NCBI GenBank assembly: GCA_964529005.1
Contig: CAZGUH010000012.1
Span: 57,007 to 81,006 of the forward strand
Direction of reading: 5' to 3'
Length of the DNA: 24,000 bases
DNA from: an uncultured Ilumatobacteraceae bacterium
GTDB taxonomy: Bacteria > Actinomycetota > Acidimicrobiia > Acidimicrobiales > Ilumatobacteraceae
Of this stretch, positions 23,410 through 24,000 are shown piece by piece. Each line of letters starts with the position of its first letter. Position 1 is the stretch's first letter. The notes below the pieces were generated by a model, which worked only from the letters and a program-made list of their open reading frames with translations, was not told the origin of the DNA and did not search any database. The position numbers were made by a program, and so were the translations under genes.

Positions 23410-24000
23410 TCACGTGACGGGACCGGGGTTGAACAGCGCGAGCGCGTTGTGCAGCTCGAGTCGTTCCGCACACGTCTGCTGGCGGCCACTGGCCACGTCG
23501 AGCATCAGCCGGAACAGCTCCCAACCGACATCGTCGATGGTCGCCTGGCCCGTGGCGATGCGGCCGGCGTTCACGTCGATCAGGTCGTGCCAGCGGCGCG
23601 CCAGGCTGTCGCGCGTTGCGACCTTGATCACCGGCACGTGCGCCAGGCCGTAGGGCGTGCCGCGTCCGGTGGTGAAGACGTGCAGGTTCATGCCGGCGGC
23701 CAGTTGCAGGGTGCCGCAGATGAAGTCGCTGGCGGGCGTGGCAGCGAAGATCAGGCCCTTCTGCGTCAGCCGGTCGCCCGGCGCCAACACGCCGTGGATG
23801 GGCGAGGAGCCCGACTTCACGATCGACCCCATCGCCTTCTCGACGATGTTCGACAGGCCACCCTGCTTGTTGCCCGGACTGGTGTTGGCGCTGCGATCGG
23901 CCATCCCGCGTTGCAGGTACTCGTCGTACCAGGCCATCTCGCGCACTAACGCCTCCGCCACCTCGGGCGTGGCCGCGCGGGCCGTCAACTGGTCGATGGC
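23410..24000 (-). CDS. garD: Galactarate dehydratase (UxaA/GarD family), C-terminal part; the 5' end lies beyond the window
   Basis: The frame stays open to position 24000. ...[29 protein letters not shown]...[26 protein letters not shown]...VIKVATR...DVNAGRI... is the UxaA/GarD C-terminal domain. Context with kdgD and the ALDH favours GarD. Confidence 0.85.
   Translation of the reverse strand, partial: AIDQLTARAATPEVAEALVREMAWYDEYLQRGMADRSANTSPGNKQGGLSNIVEKAMGSIVKSGSSPIHGVLAPGDRLTQKGLIFAATPASDFICGTLQLAAGMNLHVFTTGRGTPYGLAHVPVIKVATRDSLARRWHDLIDVNAGRIATGQATIDDVGWELFRLMLDVASGRQQTCAERLELHNALALFNPGPVT

Noticed and set aside
1-24000. Search for CRISPR arrays, IS/transposon ends, integrases, rRNA/tRNA genes and long repeats
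   Set aside because: Reading both strands by eye, I found no regularly spaced repeat array, transposase- or recombinase-like ORF, or structured RNA gene signature. Only short local repeats were seen, and these are reported above. Long dispersed repeats cannot be excluded without a self-alignment dot plot.

Overview
This is a very GC-rich, gene-dense bacterial chromosomal segment. Codon style, Gram-positive-type lipoboxes, ATGA-coupled genes and the protein families present look Actinomycetota-like, but taxonomy cannot be proven without a database search. I can support about 26 protein-coding genes. I found no rRNA, tRNA, CRISPR array, transposase or integrase. Most long ORFs in the track are GC-driven antisense or out-of-frame artefacts (Arg/Pro/Gly-rich) and are not reported. 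Gene order is as follows. Left end: partial CDS, Fic AMPylase, Zn-alcohol dehydrogenase, lipoprotein. Minus-strand run: TetR, VOC/glyoxalase, MBL-fold protein, MarR, ClC channel. Then DUF5996, divergent from TetR. Minus-strand unit: Mo-bisPGD oxidoreductase, ATGA-coupled 160-aa helical protein, solitary ModA, PadR. Then a 4-TM membrane protein and a TrxR-like flavoprotein divergent from an XRE-cupin regulator that is ATGA-coupled to a 903-aa LAL (MalT/LuxR) regulator. Then a tightly coupled operon: small conserved unknown, DUF4386 membrane protein, ABC-2 ATPase and permease. Right end: a minus-strand galactarate/glucarate catabolic cluster (garD partial, kdgD, alpha-ketoglutarate-semialdehyde dehydrogenase) whose last gene is broken by a +1 frameshift in a G5 run. 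The best candidates for something undescribed are two. First, the cytoplasmic MopB enzyme that keeps its Cys Mo-ligand but has lost every FS0 iron-sulfur cysteine, together with its coupled His/Glu-rich partner and an orphan ModA. Second, the LAL-adjacent operon of small protein, DUF4386 and ABC-2 transporter, with repeated TCACCAGGT motifs in its promoter. All family calls rest on motif recognition by eye; no searches were run.
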